Source: a virus (lineage: Duplodnaviria; Caudoviricetes). From it: a stretch of 60,838 nt of DNA. The translations under genes and the position numbers were made by a program. This document shows positions 47,367-57,375 of the stretch, in pieces. Where the stretch lies: IMG/VR virus record IMGVR_UViG_3300025645_000079, positions 1 through 60,838 of that record, one strand, 5' to 3'. The notes below the pieces were generated by a model, which ran no database searches, was not told the DNA's origin, and saw only the letters and a list, made by a program, of their open reading frames with translations. Within the stretch, counting starts at the first letter, position 1. Each line of letters begins with the position of its first letter.

Positions 47367-47729
47367 TTACGCGACCTTTTTGGATAGTTGCTCTACGTTA
47401 GAAGTGTCGGTTACTTGACTGGTAACAAATTCCGCTAACTCATTAACCGCTTTGTCAAAGGCTTCAAGCTTTGCAACAGGGCTTTCGGCAAGCACCGCTT
47501 TAAGGCGCTTACAGGTAGGGTTATATTTGGCAATGTCATCGTAGTTGCCAGTATCCGCAGCGTGCTGAAGGTTAGACTTGGCTTCTTCAAGCTTGGTCTC
47601 AACTAGCGCACGGTCAGCGTCAAGGGTTTCAAGCACCTTCTGGGTAGTGCGAAGGTCCTTAATGATGGTGTTCAATTTAACTAAGTCGATAGTTTTAGCT
47701 GTAACGTTTAATGTGTTTAATGCAGTCAT
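47367..47729 (-). CDS. hypothetical coiled-coil protein
   Basis: 120-aa ORF in the operon. Confidence 0.7.
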   Translation of the reverse strand: MTALNTLNVTAKTIDLVKLNTIIKDLRTTQKVLETLDADRALVETKLEEAKSNLQHAADTGNYDDIAKYNPTCKRLKAVLAESPVAKLEAFDKAVNELAEFVTSQVTDTSNVEQLSKKVA

Positions 47730-47752
47730 GATTTTGTCTCTCTATGGGTGAT

Positions 47753-49114
47753 TTAAGCGGCTTGCGCCAGTTCTTTAAGGGTGTTGAGCAGGTCAAGCAT
47801 TCTGACTTGTTTGCCCATTAGTTTTTCATACACGGTCTCTTCGACACTATTCGCGGCGGCGATATGTATGATTTCGGTTTTACGCACTTGTCCGGTACGG
47901 ATAATGCGGTGGTTAAGTTGCTCGTAAAGGTCAGCGCGATAGTTAGGCGATGCCCAAATGATACGATTTGCGCGGGTGAGCGTTAGGCCGTGTCCAGCAG
48001 ATTGGGGGTGTACAAACAATGTCTGTATTAGCCCTGCTTGGAACCGTTCAACAATACCTGAGCGTCTACTCGCTGGCACACTGCCATCGATTATTTCGTA
48101 GGTGATTTTGCGTTTCTTTGCCTCGGCTACAAGACCCTCTCGTTGGTGCGTCCAGTTGAATGCAACAAGTGAGTGGTCTGCTTCTTCGGCTAAGTCCATT
48201 ACTAGCGCATAACGGTCAACGTGAACATTTCTTGCTTCGCCGTACTCGTCGTATAATGCGCCAGATAGAACCTGTAACAGTTTTTGCATCCTAGACCCTG
48301 CGTGGATAGCGGTAACTACCTCGCCTGAGTCTAGCGCCATGATTGATTGCTTTTTTAAGAACTCATACTGAGCGCGTAACTTGCTCGGCAAATCTACCAG
48401 CACTGTGCGGTAAGTCGTATCGGGCAGCTCGGCCACATCATTTAGCGTAACACGCGTCGTGATGTCAGATAATTGAAGGGAAACATGGTCGTTAGCACCT
48501 TCTTTATCGGTGAAATCCATGGCGCCCGGAGGTGCACCGGGTACAGGCCGTGCGTCGCAAACTTGCTGACGAAAACCGAAGAAGTTTTGGCCTAGCCGCT
48601 CGCCAGCATCTACTAGAAAAGCTAGATGCCATATGTCTGTAACGCTTTTTGGCGTCGGTGTGCCCGTCATAAGGCAGAACATTTCGACATGCTTTGCGAC
48701 AGTTACCATGGCTTTTGAGCGTTTTGACGTACGGTTTCTAAAGGCATCGCCCTCGTCTATGATCACAACGTCAAAATCTTTGTACAACTCATTCTCCACG
48801 ACCATTTTTACTGAGTCGTGGTTGGTTATTACCCACTGAGCTTTGCTATTAAAAGCTTTTAATTTCTTGGACATACTCCCAGAGGCTATGGCTACAGTTG
48901 TCTGCGGCCATCCGAACGCTAAGTCTTTACCCCATGCTGGCTCTAAAATAGTCAACGGAGCAAAAACTAACACTCTTTTGCCAGGAAAGTGACGCTGAAC
49001 TGCGAGGACACAAGACAGGGTCTTGCCCGTCCCGCAGCCGTCGAAGTTTAATACGCGTTTCTTAGTGCCGAACATGTCGGCGAACTTACTTTGGTGCGCT
49101 CTAGGTGTGAACAT
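47753..49114 (-). CDS. SF2 (SNF2-like) helicase
   Basis: 'GCGTGKT', 'IIDE', 'MTGTP', 'SAGHGLTL', 'Q..HRI.RTGQ'. Confidence 0.92.
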   Translation of the reverse strand: MFTPRAHQSKFADMFGTKKRVLNFDGCGTGKTLSCVLAVQRHFPGKRVLVFAPLTILEPAWGKDLAFGWPQTTVAIASGSMSKKLKAFNSKAQWVITNHDSVKMVVENELYKDFDVVIIDEGDAFRNRTSKRSKAMVTVAKHVEMFCLMTGTPTPKSVTDIWHLAFLVDAGERLGQNFFGFRQQVCDARPVPGAPPGAMDFTDKEGANDHVSLQLSDITTRVTLNDVAELPDTTYRTVLVDLPSKLRAQYEFLKKQSIMALDSGEVVTAIHAGSRMQKLLQVLSGALYDEYGEARNVHVDRYALVMDLAEEADHSLVAFNWTHQREGLVAEAKKRKITYEIIDGSVPASRRSGIVERFQAGLIQTLFVHPQSAGHGLTLTRANRIIWASPNYRADLYEQLNHRIIRTGQVRKTEIIHIAAANSVEETVYEKLMGKQVRMLDLLNTLKELAQAA

Positions 49115-50037
49115 TATTCCTCCAGAGTTTTATAAATGTCTGAGTCGCAAGCACCATTACCGTAGGGTTTGCCCTTCGCATTTTTATTGCTGCCGTAACT
49201 GCAAAATCTACAAGAATGCAAATTAGCACTGGCTGTGAAGCCGTCTTTTGGTGTCATCGTCATCTGCTGGCCACGTGAGTGGTAGCGAGGCAGTAGGATG
49301 TTGAGCTGACGGCGGTTAAACATGCGTACGGTGGTCACGCCTTGGTCTAGGTACCAGAACTCAACTTGAAAAATGTCGAGGTCGGGGTAGCGGTGCATAG
49401 CGTGCAATGCGTAGCACAAACCTTGGTCAGCGTGCTTCATTTCATTGCCAAATTTTTGACCAGTTTTATAGTCAATAATCCGGCACGAGTGTTCATTTTC
49501 CATGACAAAGCCATCAAGTGCTGCTTTGCCCCAAATCTCCTCGTCTGACCATTCACAGGGCGACCAGTCTTTGCGTATGCCCCACTTATCCTCAAGGGAT
49601 ACTTTGCCATCGCGGAAATCTTTCTTGAGTTGCACGAACTGGTCGCTAAAGGCATCCATTTTACTCTTGTTATCAGATGGTAGTTCGCCTTTCTCACCGC
49701 GTACCCATAGCTCACAGCCATCGTGAAACTCGCTACCCCGAGAGGCCGCTGGACCAGATTCTTGGGGTATTTTCTTTACTTTATTTAGAAAGGTATACTG
49801 CTTACAATTCTCGTGTGATTTAAGGCCAGAGAACGACCATGTGGGCACGGGGCCTACTTCAAAATGTACGTCGACTTCGCCCTTTGCGGGGTCTTTTTCT
49901 TTAGCTTTATTTAGCGAGGCTGTTAGATCCTTCATGCTTTTGGCTTTGGGTGCTACAGCAGCAGGGACGAGTACGCCCTCTACCGCTTTTTGCCCCGTAT
50001 CAGCGGCTTTTTTATTGAGTACGGCTTTTAAGTCCAT
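49114..50037 (-). CDS. PD-(D/E)XK (Cas4/RecB-like) exonuclease
   Basis: 'WSFSGLKSHENC', 'RGSEFH', 'ALDG...IIDYKTG', 'Q...YA', C-terminal 'CRFC...C'. Confidence 0.85.
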   Translation of the reverse strand: MDLKAVLNKKAADTGQKAVEGVLVPAAVAPKAKSMKDLTASLNKAKEKDPAKGEVDVHFEVGPVPTWSFSGLKSHENCKQYTFLNKVKKIPQESGPAASRGSEFHDGCELWVRGEKGELPSDNKSKMDAFSDQFVQLKKDFRDGKVSLEDKWGIRKDWSPCEWSDEEIWGKAALDGFVMENEHSCRIIDYKTGQKFGNEMKHADQGLCYALHAMHRYPDLDIFQVEFWYLDQGVTTVRMFNRRQLNILLPRYHSRGQQMTMTPKDGFTASANLHSCRFCSYGSNKNAKGKPYGNGACDSDIYKTLEE

Positions 50038-50046
50038 AATGACCTC

Positions 50047-52677
50047 CTAATCTTGGAGCGTTCTGAGTGCATCGGCCATTTCTTTGGCTTTACGCTCGTC
50101 GTCGCTCTCAGTATTTTGATTAATGCTGCTCACGTTTCCGCGAGGCAACAGATTATTTTTTGTTAACTCGGCTAGAGCATCGGTGTCTCTGTAGACCCAC
50201 TCGACTTCTACGCAGTAGGGTCGGGTAGTCAGTTTTGCTGTATGGCCAACTGGGGTGGTGACTCGTTTGACTTTAGCCTCATGGGTACCCATCATCCGCC
50301 CGAACGCGTTATCAGATATATCTTTGCCAGCTAGGTAGCTGTATAAGGCACGCAGGTCATCTTTGTGTAAGTAACAAGCTCTGCCCGTATTGACGTGTTG
50401 AAGGTTGGCGGTGATGAACGTTTTAGACCTTGATATCTTGTACTGCTCGTTGGGGTCTAAGTTGGCGGATGGTTTGTCGAGTATTCCAGCGAATGCCTCG
50501 AAATTGCCTTCCATGAGGTTGACGAAGAACTTGTCTGATGCGGAACGGCTCGCTTCTTGTGCGTCTTTGCGTGCTGAATTCTCTAGCACTGTAGATGCCT
50601 GTCCTTTGTTCACTTTGAACGAGAACAGATACCGCGCGAACGAGGTTAGTTCGCTTGATATAAGCTCGTTTGTCTCATCTCGGTACTTTTTAAGGTACTC
50701 CAATCGGGCTTCTAGCGTCCGCATCTGGCGGGGTGCAACTGTTATCCGTCGCTTGTCGCTTGCTGGCATTCCATCCATTTCGTTGGTTGCAAATATAAAG
50801 TTTACGCGCTGTGTTACGGGGCGCTGCACGGCTTGCATATCTCGCAGCATCATCGTCGGCTCGGTGATCATGTTTCTCAACATGCCTTCTGTTTTTGCCG
50901 CGCTGTTGGTCCCCTTGATGTTGAACTCGTCAACCATCAGGATGAACACATCTTCCATCCACGCATTGAACTGGTCATCAGCTATACCTTGCAAGGTGTT
51001 CTGCGCTGTGTAGCCTTGCCCAAACAACTGGCGAAGTACCATTTTAAAGAACAGACCTTTACCCGTACCCTCAGTGCCGTGCAGCATCCACGCTGTTTCG
51101 GCTTTGTTTTTAAACTGAAATATAAAGGCCAGCCAGTTAATAAAATGCTCGAAACAATCTAGGTCGTCGCCGAGCATATTTAGTATTATTTCTGATATGA
51201 CAGGTGCATCTAAGTGCAGTAGCCAAGCGTTGCCATAAGATGATTCCAGAGGAAATATATGCCCCGTCTTATCCTTCATATACATGGAGGGCTTGAATCT
51301 ATTTAGGAACTGCTTGTCGCCAATCGAGAAAACAGTGCGCTCCTCGTCCGGGTGATTTACTATGTGAACCGCTGGTACCGGGTCAGGTACCATTTGGCCG
51401 TAGTGTTTCATCCACTCGCCAGCTACTACCGGATTCTTGCGCTTTTTTATCTCAACAATGTCATCGGTTTTTATATCTAACTCTACTGTGAAGTAGTTGT
51501 CGGATTCTTGGTCGATGAACATCGTCCTAGATACATGTGCTGTTACACCTGTTTCTGCGTTAACAGTAGGAGTGTATCCCCCGCCGAAACGCTCGATGTG
51601 CGCTGCGTATGCTTCGCCATCCCATGCCTTGAACAGCGTCGGGACTTCATCTGGTGAGAAGCAATACATAACTTCAGGGTTGGTTAAAGTCACCCAGTAG
51701 GCGTTGCTCTTACTGTTCCCTATGTTGTATCGAACAAACTCACTGTCTTCATAGGCTAGACTGAACCTAGCAGGTGGCGGATTGGCCACGACGCTTACTT
51801 CGCGCCCATCAACATTGATACGCTTGAACTTCGGTTTGAATGCAGTCAGTCCAGCACGTTTTTGCTTATCTTTTAGCACTTCGCTTTTGCGTTCGTTGAC
51901 AAAATCAGTGATGTCATCAATCCGCTCTAGCTCGGCATGTAGGTCTAAAAGAGGCTCGCTTTTATTAACTAGCGCAAAACGTTGCTTGTCATTCTTAAAA
52001 GGATTTTTGCCAGTAGGACCAAACATAGGCGGTGCTATATATATAACTCTGGCTGGCTCTGCTAGGCACGGGTCGACGACTGATTTGATTTTCATCTTGC
52101 TGGGCGTTAGCTTTAGCTTTTCGTATATTTCATTCTGCGTGAAATTTAACGAGGTCAAATAGTGTTTGAGAGCGCGGGGGTCAACCGCTTCTTTGAGTAG
52201 GAAGTGAATGTGCACGCTGCACTCTTCATCGTAAAGCCCAAAAGAACTGGAGGCCAAAGCTACATAGCTAACTTTCTGGAGGGCGGGGGGCATGAACGAG
52301 ATGACTTTTTCTGCCACTTTTTTGACAGAGGCCGTGGTAGCTTTGCCCTTGTCTATCGCTTTTAAACCGTCTATTTTTAGCCCATCGATGTCTAGCACCA
52401 TGAACTGTGTTTTTAGTGTCTTGTCGGTTAGTCCGCGTCTTGATTCGTTAACCAATTCGCGTTGGAACATACCTTTGTAAAGCGCGTGTCCCTGACCAGC
52501 GTGCGCTGATAGTAAGTCGACGTATCTGGGTAACCCCTCGGTTTCTACATCGAACTCTTCTAGCATTGTTGTCATTCTAAACGCCATGGGGTAGGAGCGG
52601 TTTGACCCGTCTGCTAGCCCTATGGTTTTGGCCATTGCACCGACTTTTTTGTCGGCGGCTATAAAGTGCAATTTCAT
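50047..52677 (-). CDS. primase-helicase (AEP-like N-terminus plus SF3/DUF5906-like NTPase)
   Basis: 'VLDIDG', 'VHIHF' primase motifs; 'HGTEGTGKG', 'MVDE', 'IFATN' helicase motifs. Confidence 0.85.
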   Translation of the reverse strand: MKLHFIAADKKVGAMAKTIGLADGSNRSYPMAFRMTTMLEEFDVETEGLPRYVDLLSAHAGQGHALYKGMFQRELVNESRRGLTDKTLKTQFMVLDIDGLKIDGLKAIDKGKATTASVKKVAEKVISFMPPALQKVSYVALASSSFGLYDEECSVHIHFLLKEAVDPRALKHYLTSLNFTQNEIYEKLKLTPSKMKIKSVVDPCLAEPARVIYIAPPMFGPTGKNPFKNDKQRFALVNKSEPLLDLHAELERIDDITDFVNERKSEVLKDKQKRAGLTAFKPKFKRINVDGREVSVVANPPPARFSLAYEDSEFVRYNIGNSKSNAYWVTLTNPEVMYCFSPDEVPTLFKAWDGEAYAAHIERFGGGYTPTVNAETGVTAHVSRTMFIDQESDNYFTVELDIKTDDIVEIKKRKNPVVAGEWMKHYGQMVPDPVPAVHIVNHPDEERTVFSIGDKQFLNRFKPSMYMKDKTGHIFPLESSYGNAWLLHLDAPVISEIILNMLGDDLDCFEHFINWLAFIFQFKNKAETAWMLHGTEGTGKGLFFKMVLRQLFGQGYTAQNTLQGIADDQFNAWMEDVFILMVDEFNIKGTNSAAKTEGMLRNMITEPTMMLRDMQAVQRPVTQRVNFIFATNEMDGMPASDKRRITVAPRQMRTLEARLEYLKKYRDETNELISSELTSFARYLFSFKVNKGQASTVLENSARKDAQEASRSASDKFFVNLMEGNFEAFAGILDKPSANLDPNEQYKISRSKTFITANLQHVNTGRACYLHKDDLRALYSYLAGKDISDNAFGRMMGTHEAKVKRVTTPVGHTAKLTTRPYCVEVEWVYRDTDALAELTKNNLLPRGNVSSINQNTESDDERKAKEMADALRTLQD

Positions 52678-52680
52678 ACG

Positions 52681-52884
52681 TTATACCCTCTTGTTTATCT
52701 GGTCACGTGTATGGTCGTGCTCGCAATCTTTGTCACAAAATAATTGGTGAGTCTCCACGGGGGAGAGGCAGAAATAGCAAACACCTTTGGGTTGCTTGTT
52801 AAATTTTTTACTTTTTGTTCGGCTAACGGCGGCTGCTACCGTTAGTTCGATCAGGTCTTGCGCGTCATCGGCAATATCAGCCAT
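52681..52884 (-). CDS. TraR/DksA-like C4 zinc-finger protein
   Basis: 'MADIADDAQ' N-terminus; 'CYFC...FCDKDC'. Confidence 0.7.
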   Translation of the reverse strand: MADIADDAQDLIELTVAAAVSRTKSKKFNKQPKGVCYFCLSPVETHQLFCDKDCEHDHTRDQINKRV

Positions 52885-52936
52885 TCGCTTTCCTTATTAT
52901 TAGTGTAGAACTTATCACTATAACAGTTACTACTAT

Positions 52937-53104
52937 TTACGGGTAGCGTAATGACGCGCCCCTCTTTTTTTGCTCTGTCAAATATTCTTGGTAATCTACT
53001 ACCGCTACCTCCCATGATTCTTTTCTTAGTAAGAATGATTTGTCTTTTATTCTTTCTTTATTGTTTATCCAGAACTTAGTAAACGATAGGGGGTCAGCGC
53101 CCAT
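52937..53104 (-). CDS. small hypothetical protein, 55 aa (MGADPLSFTKFWINNKERIKDK...)
   Basis: Not in the ORF track; ATG overlaps the stop of the DUF932-like gene; fills the gap. Confidence 0.5.
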   Translation of the reverse strand: MGADPLSFTKFWINNKERIKDKSFLLRKESWEVAVVDYQEYLTEQKKRGASLRYP

Positions 53105-54015
53105 TATGCTGCTGCCCTAAACAAGTCAGATGAAATGATACGACCTACGCGTGCTTCGCGGGACTGTACGATTGCTGCGGAGTTGTCCATGCTTGCACCT
53201 TTAATCTCGTAGTGCGTTGACCAAAAAGTCAGTGCATTGAAAAGTGCCCACATGCTGCCACCTAACTTGTGCTTTTCATCTAGCCAAAAGTCGGCTAAAT
53301 CAGAGCGTAGTGAGTCAGATTCACCTGCTAACTTGTTGATGACGGCTTGTGCTTGTAAGTTGCTGCATGGTGTATTTGCCCAGTGTTTCCACTGCTCGCC
53401 TACTTGGAAGAAGTTGTTGAGGGTGGACGCCATTCGATTGGTAATCTCAGGCGAGCTGAACCCGCTAGAGTGGCGACTTGTGTAGTTTCCGATACTGTCA
53501 CCTACAATCATGCCGTTTGCGCATACAATGCGGTAACCGCCCATACATATGCGTAGATTCGTGCTGCCGTCGTAGGAATTGATGACATTTACACGCAATT
53601 GGGTGATATCACCGTCGTTAATTTTTATTTCATGCGCCGGGAACACGTACGAACGTATCGTTCTCCCCCCGGCGTAGGCGGTTTGGTCTACGACACGCAT
53701 TCCATCGGTGTCTAAGCCTTCAGTTTTGCGTAATATTTTGTCAACGGATCCGAACACATCCTCATTCTTGATTAGTGTGTAGCGACTACCGTGTACTTTG
53801 AGAATTTTGTTGGTGTCTTTGCGGACAACTGCTTGGAATCCGCAATCTTTAATACCTGTTAAGCTTTCTAGAGGAACCATCTCCACTGGGAAGAAAATGT
53901 CTGCTACTTCTTTAGGCGCTGTGGCTCTGAAATCTCGTTCAACTGCCAAATTACCTACATCTGTTACTGCGCTTTTTATAGTTGGCGGCAGGTTAAAGGC
54001 TAATATATTGGTCAT
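53104..54015 (-). CDS. DUF932/DUF945-like protein
   Basis: 'INSYDGS', 'GGYRIVCANGM', 'WALFNALTFWSTH'. Confidence 0.85.
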   Translation of the reverse strand: MTNILAFNLPPTIKSAVTDVGNLAVERDFRATAPKEVADIFFPVEMVPLESLTGIKDCGFQAVVRKDTNKILKVHGSRYTLIKNEDVFGSVDKILRKTEGLDTDGMRVVDQTAYAGGRTIRSYVFPAHEIKINDGDITQLRVNVINSYDGSTNLRICMGGYRIVCANGMIVGDSIGNYTSRHSSGFSSPEITNRMASTLNNFFQVGEQWKHWANTPCSNLQAQAVINKLAGESDSLRSDLADFWLDEKHKLGGSMWALFNALTFWSTHYEIKGASMDNSAAIVQSREARVGRIISSDLFRAAA

Positions 54016-54025
54016 GGGTGTTTTC

Positions 54026-54178
54026 CTAAAAGTTAATTCGTGCTTGGATATCTACGCACGCTTTTAAAGCTTGCTTCGATGTGGTTTTGTACTCGCCGCG
54101 GTACACCTCAGTGCCATCTATTTCTAGGATTGGCAGGTAACCAAGGCTGGGCACATGGCGGATAATAATGTCGGTCAT
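54026..54178 (-). CDS. small hypothetical protein
   Basis: ATGA overlap with the upstream gene; 'DGTEVYRGEY'. Confidence 0.55.
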   Translation of the reverse strand: MTDIIIRHVPSLGYLPILEIDGTEVYRGEYKTTSKQALKACVDIQARINF

Positions 54179-54543
54179 AATCTTTGCTCCGATTCGCCGA
54201 GGTCGCATACTGGGCAGTCTAAAATGTCGACTGCTAGCTGTGTACCGTCGGGCAGGGTTGAGTTATTTTGCTGTAGGCTAGGGCGTAAGAAGCTCTTGCA
54301 CTTTAAACACTTTCTGTTGTTGGTTTCCTCGCGGTCACCAGCGCCGTATGTCGGGTCTTCATTCACAAACACGATGTGCTTGTGCATGCTTTCTTCTATC
54401 CGCATCTGCACATGTTTCTGTGCTTTTTTCAGGCTCGTGAAGACCATCGGCTCCCCGCCATCCATGAGTGCTTGGGGCTCTTGGCCTTCGATGTCTAACA
54501 ACACAACCGTTGGTTTACTCGCTGCGTAGTGATTCGGTCTCAT
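54175..54543 (-). CDS. hypothetical protein with C-terminal Zn ribbon
   Basis: 'CLKC...CPVC'; start at MRPNH after GAGG. Confidence 0.6.
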   Translation of the reverse strand: MRPNHYAASKPTVVLLDIEGQEPQALMDGGEPMVFTSLKKAQKHVQMRIEESMHKHIVFVNEDPTYGAGDREETNNRKCLKCKSFLRPSLQQNNSTLPDGTQLAVDILDCPVCDLGESEQRL

Positions 54544-54698
54544 AGATTGTCCTCTTTTAGTTGCTTTATTTTTTGTGTGTGTTTTTGAAGCTGGGCGCAC
54601 AACATCTCATTTAGTTTGCCGTACATACCAAGGCGATCCTCTAGCCACTTTATTCTCCCTTCCATCCATTTTATTCTTTTGTCACTTACTGTACTCAC
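54540..54698 (-). CDS. small coiled-coil protein, 52 aa (MSTVSDKRIKWMEGRIKWLEDRLGMY...)
   Basis: Not in the ORF track; GTG after AAGGAGG inside the PolA 3' end; RIKW.E tandem repeat; ATGA coupling to the next gene. Confidence 0.5.
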   Translation of the reverse strand: MSTVSDKRIKWMEGRIKWLEDRLGMYGKLNEMLCAQLQKHTQKIKQLKEDNL

Positions 54699-56751
54699 GG
54701 GCATAACCTCCTTCATTCGCTAGTGGTATGTCTTCGCCCCATGGCGGCGGCTTAGACATGCAGGACTGCATCTCTTGGAAGGCATAATCTGCATCTGTGA
54801 ACTTAACAGCTGCTAAAATTTCATCGTGAACGCTGCCCATCACCCAACCGTAACCTTCGCGTTGGAGTGTATTTTCTACTTGTACAATCTGCTCGGCCAT
54901 CACATCGCGAGCTGTGGCTTGTGCTAAATTCTCGATGAGTAAGCCATGCCACATACCTTTGGGTACTGCGTTGCCGAAACGGTCTGTCTTGTCTGAGTCG
55001 AAAATGGCACGCTGCTGATACCCATTTTGTGTCTCGGAGCCTTCATACCTGGCATTGGGGTATTTTAGGAATCGACCACTTGGCAGCTCGATGGAATCTT
55101 TGCGGGCTATAAACGTACCGTCTGGCCCAAATGCCAACTCGCCACCCATTACTATGATCCCCTCTACGTTGTTGGACAGGAATCTCCACATCTTGACGAC
55201 CATCGGATGCTTCTGCTCATATGCGTGCTTTACTTTTTTACAGTAGTCATCGTCTTTGAACATCGGGTCCATACCCAGTGCGCCGCTGGCTAGATAGTCT
55301 TGGAAGCCAGACCAGCCCATAGCGAAACCTAGACCTAATCCCATTACTTTACCCATCTGGCGCTCGTCTTTGTCAGCAGATTTAGTCAATGCTCTGCCAA
55401 ACAAAGGGGACGCAACATCGCAGTAATAGTCATACTTGAGAGGGTCTTTTGAGTCCATATGGTCAGTGGAAGCCATCTGGTCTAAGATGTCCTGCTGCCC
55501 ACAAATCCACATGTTGACGCGGACTTCAATATTCGATAAATCGCATACTGCAATCTGATGACCTGGAGGGGCTAACATTGATAAACGATGCTTTCCGCCT
55601 CGGGTGTTGTTCTGCTGGTTAACTTTCTGACCGCCTGACCATCGGCCAGTCTGTTTGGCGCCAAAATAGTTAAGGAAGAAAGGCATATCTGCCTGTTCGA
55701 AACCTTCGTCGTGGAACTTATCTGCGACATCTATCATTCTTGTTGCCCTAGACGCAGATATGGTCGATTTCACCGTGTCCCTTGCTTTGAATATCGCAGC
55801 AAGCTGAGGGTGTTTAATCTGGGCTTTTATGTATGGAGGGTCGTCCTTGCCAAGGGCGGGCGCTAGTAGCCCTGTTGTGGGTGATACTTTTAGCGGCACC
55901 TCCATTCCTAATTTCTCCAGTAATTCAGCGTACTGGGGATTGGATGAGAATGTTTTATCAGTACACGTAAGTCCATACATGTCAGCCACTTCTTTTGCTG
56001 CGGCTAATACCCACTTCTTTTTCAGATCCTCATCCGCAAGCACCTCCTCCAACAGCTCGCGCGCAATCATGAACTGGGGCTCTACTGCTCCGCGTGCATT
56101 TATGTTCATCAATACTAGTTCGTGGGACAGCCTTAGACTGACAATGTCAGGCACGTACTTCAGGAATAGATTGCGACATAAATTCACATCCTGAATGCAA
56201 TATTTTTCGAGTGCTTGGTGCTGCTCGGATGTGATGTATGGGTATGAAATACCGTCTACATCGGCTAGCTCTTCGCCACCTTTGTTCAATCTCTCATCAT
56301 TAGGCCACATATCTAAACATGCAGCTTTCAATGACGATGAACGGTCACTGTGGAGTAGGGTGCGCATCATCTTGGTACAGAAATATGCATCCCAATTTAG
56401 GCGCTGCGTCCAGTTGGATATAGATGCATCAAACTGGACGTTGTGAGCGACAACACCTATACGTTCACCCTGTTCTCGGCGTGCTTTGTACTCGTCGATT
56501 AGTGCTTGGACTTCGTCAGCCTCGTGCACATACTCAACCGGCGACATGTCCTCCGCTACGCCTAAGCCGGTGACATGGAACCGGCCTTGGGGGTCTAAAA
56601 TGTACTCAGCGTACGTCTTGGATTTTAGCGAAAAGCTTTTTGTCCCATTGTTAGCTTTTGATTTGTAGAACGTCTCGTAATCTAAGAAGACTAGGGTGTC
56701 GAGGTTGAACATCTTCTTGATATAAGCAATTGTCGTCTCGTTTAGGTTCAT
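54682..56751 (-). CDS. family A DNA polymerase with 3'-5' exonuclease domain
   Basis: Exo 'FLDYET', 'AHNVQFD', 'YCIQD'; 'TGRWSG', motif A 'DLSNIEVR', motif B 'RQMGKVMGLGLGF', motif C 'VHDE'. Confidence 0.95.
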   Translation of the reverse strand: MNLNETTIAYIKKMFNLDTLVFLDYETFYKSKANNGTKSFSLKSKTYAEYILDPQGRFHVTGLGVAEDMSPVEYVHEADEVQALIDEYKARREQGERIGVVAHNVQFDASISNWTQRLNWDAYFCTKMMRTLLHSDRSSSLKAACLDMWPNDERLNKGGEELADVDGISYPYITSEQHQALEKYCIQDVNLCRNLFLKYVPDIVSLRLSHELVLMNINARGAVEPQFMIARELLEEVLADEDLKKKWVLAAAKEVADMYGLTCTDKTFSSNPQYAELLEKLGMEVPLKVSPTTGLLAPALGKDDPPYIKAQIKHPQLAAIFKARDTVKSTISASRATRMIDVADKFHDEGFEQADMPFFLNYFGAKQTGRWSGGQKVNQQNNTRGGKHRLSMLAPPGHQIAVCDLSNIEVRVNMWICGQQDILDQMASTDHMDSKDPLKYDYYCDVASPLFGRALTKSADKDERQMGKVMGLGLGFAMGWSGFQDYLASGALGMDPMFKDDDYCKKVKHAYEQKHPMVVKMWRFLSNNVEGIIVMGGELAFGPDGTFIARKDSIELPSGRFLKYPNARYEGSETQNGYQQRAIFDSDKTDRFGNAVPKGMWHGLLIENLAQATARDVMAEQIVQVENTLQREGYGWVMGSVHDEILAAVKFTDADYAFQEMQSCMSKPPPWGEDIPLANEGGYAREYSK

Positions 56752-56752
56752 T

Positions 56753-57346
56753 TTATGCTGCCAATATTTGATCAATGGATACGCCGTGGTACTCGACGAA
56801 ATTATCATTTGGTACAAACTGTTCTAGCTCTGGAGATTGCGCCAACAAATCTTTGAGTGACGTGAATCCACCTAGATAGGTGAGAAGCTTGTCTTTTTGA
56901 GTAGTCGAAAAGTCTTCTAACGCTCGCTCTCTGCCAACGATGTTGACTATCTTGTTGTACAAGGCTCCGCTAAATACAGGGTTGATGAACTTATCAGCGC
57001 CGTGCTTCATGATGTCGGGCATACATCTTGGCGTGTGCAATGAGAATAGAAACGGCTCGTCACTAAACTCATCTATCGTTATTGCCTGAAACACCGGGAG
57101 CAGACCGGGCTTTGCGTGTGGGTCGTCATGGAATGTGAATTCCATTTTTAAGACATCAATGATTTGGTTAGTCGCTTCTTCGCGGTCTAACTCTAATAAG
57201 ATGAACTCTTTTATATTGTTTTCGGTTACTACTGCTTGTGCGATGGTATCTCTCATTAGCTGTGACATACGCGTGCCTTTTTTGAGTGTTTTCACGGGGT
57301 TCTCCTTCATGTATTGTTGAATTCTTTCTTCATGGTAGTGGGTCAT
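56753..57346 (-). CDS. hypothetical protein, Nmad5-like
   Basis: 'RMSQLMRDTIAQ' N-terminus and 'L.GFTSLKDLLAQSPELEQFVP' C-terminus recall Nmad5; adjacent to PolA. Confidence 0.5.
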   Translation of the reverse strand: MTHYHEERIQQYMKENPVKTLKKGTRMSQLMRDTIAQAVVTENNIKEFILLELDREEATNQIIDVLKMEFTFHDDPHAKPGLLPVFQAITIDEFSDEPFLFSLHTPRCMPDIMKHGADKFINPVFSGALYNKIVNIVGRERALEDFSTTQKDKLLTYLGGFTSLKDLLAQSPELEQFVPNDNFVEYHGVSIDQILAA

Positions 57347-57375
57347 AATAATCTCTTTATTAGTAACTGTTATTT

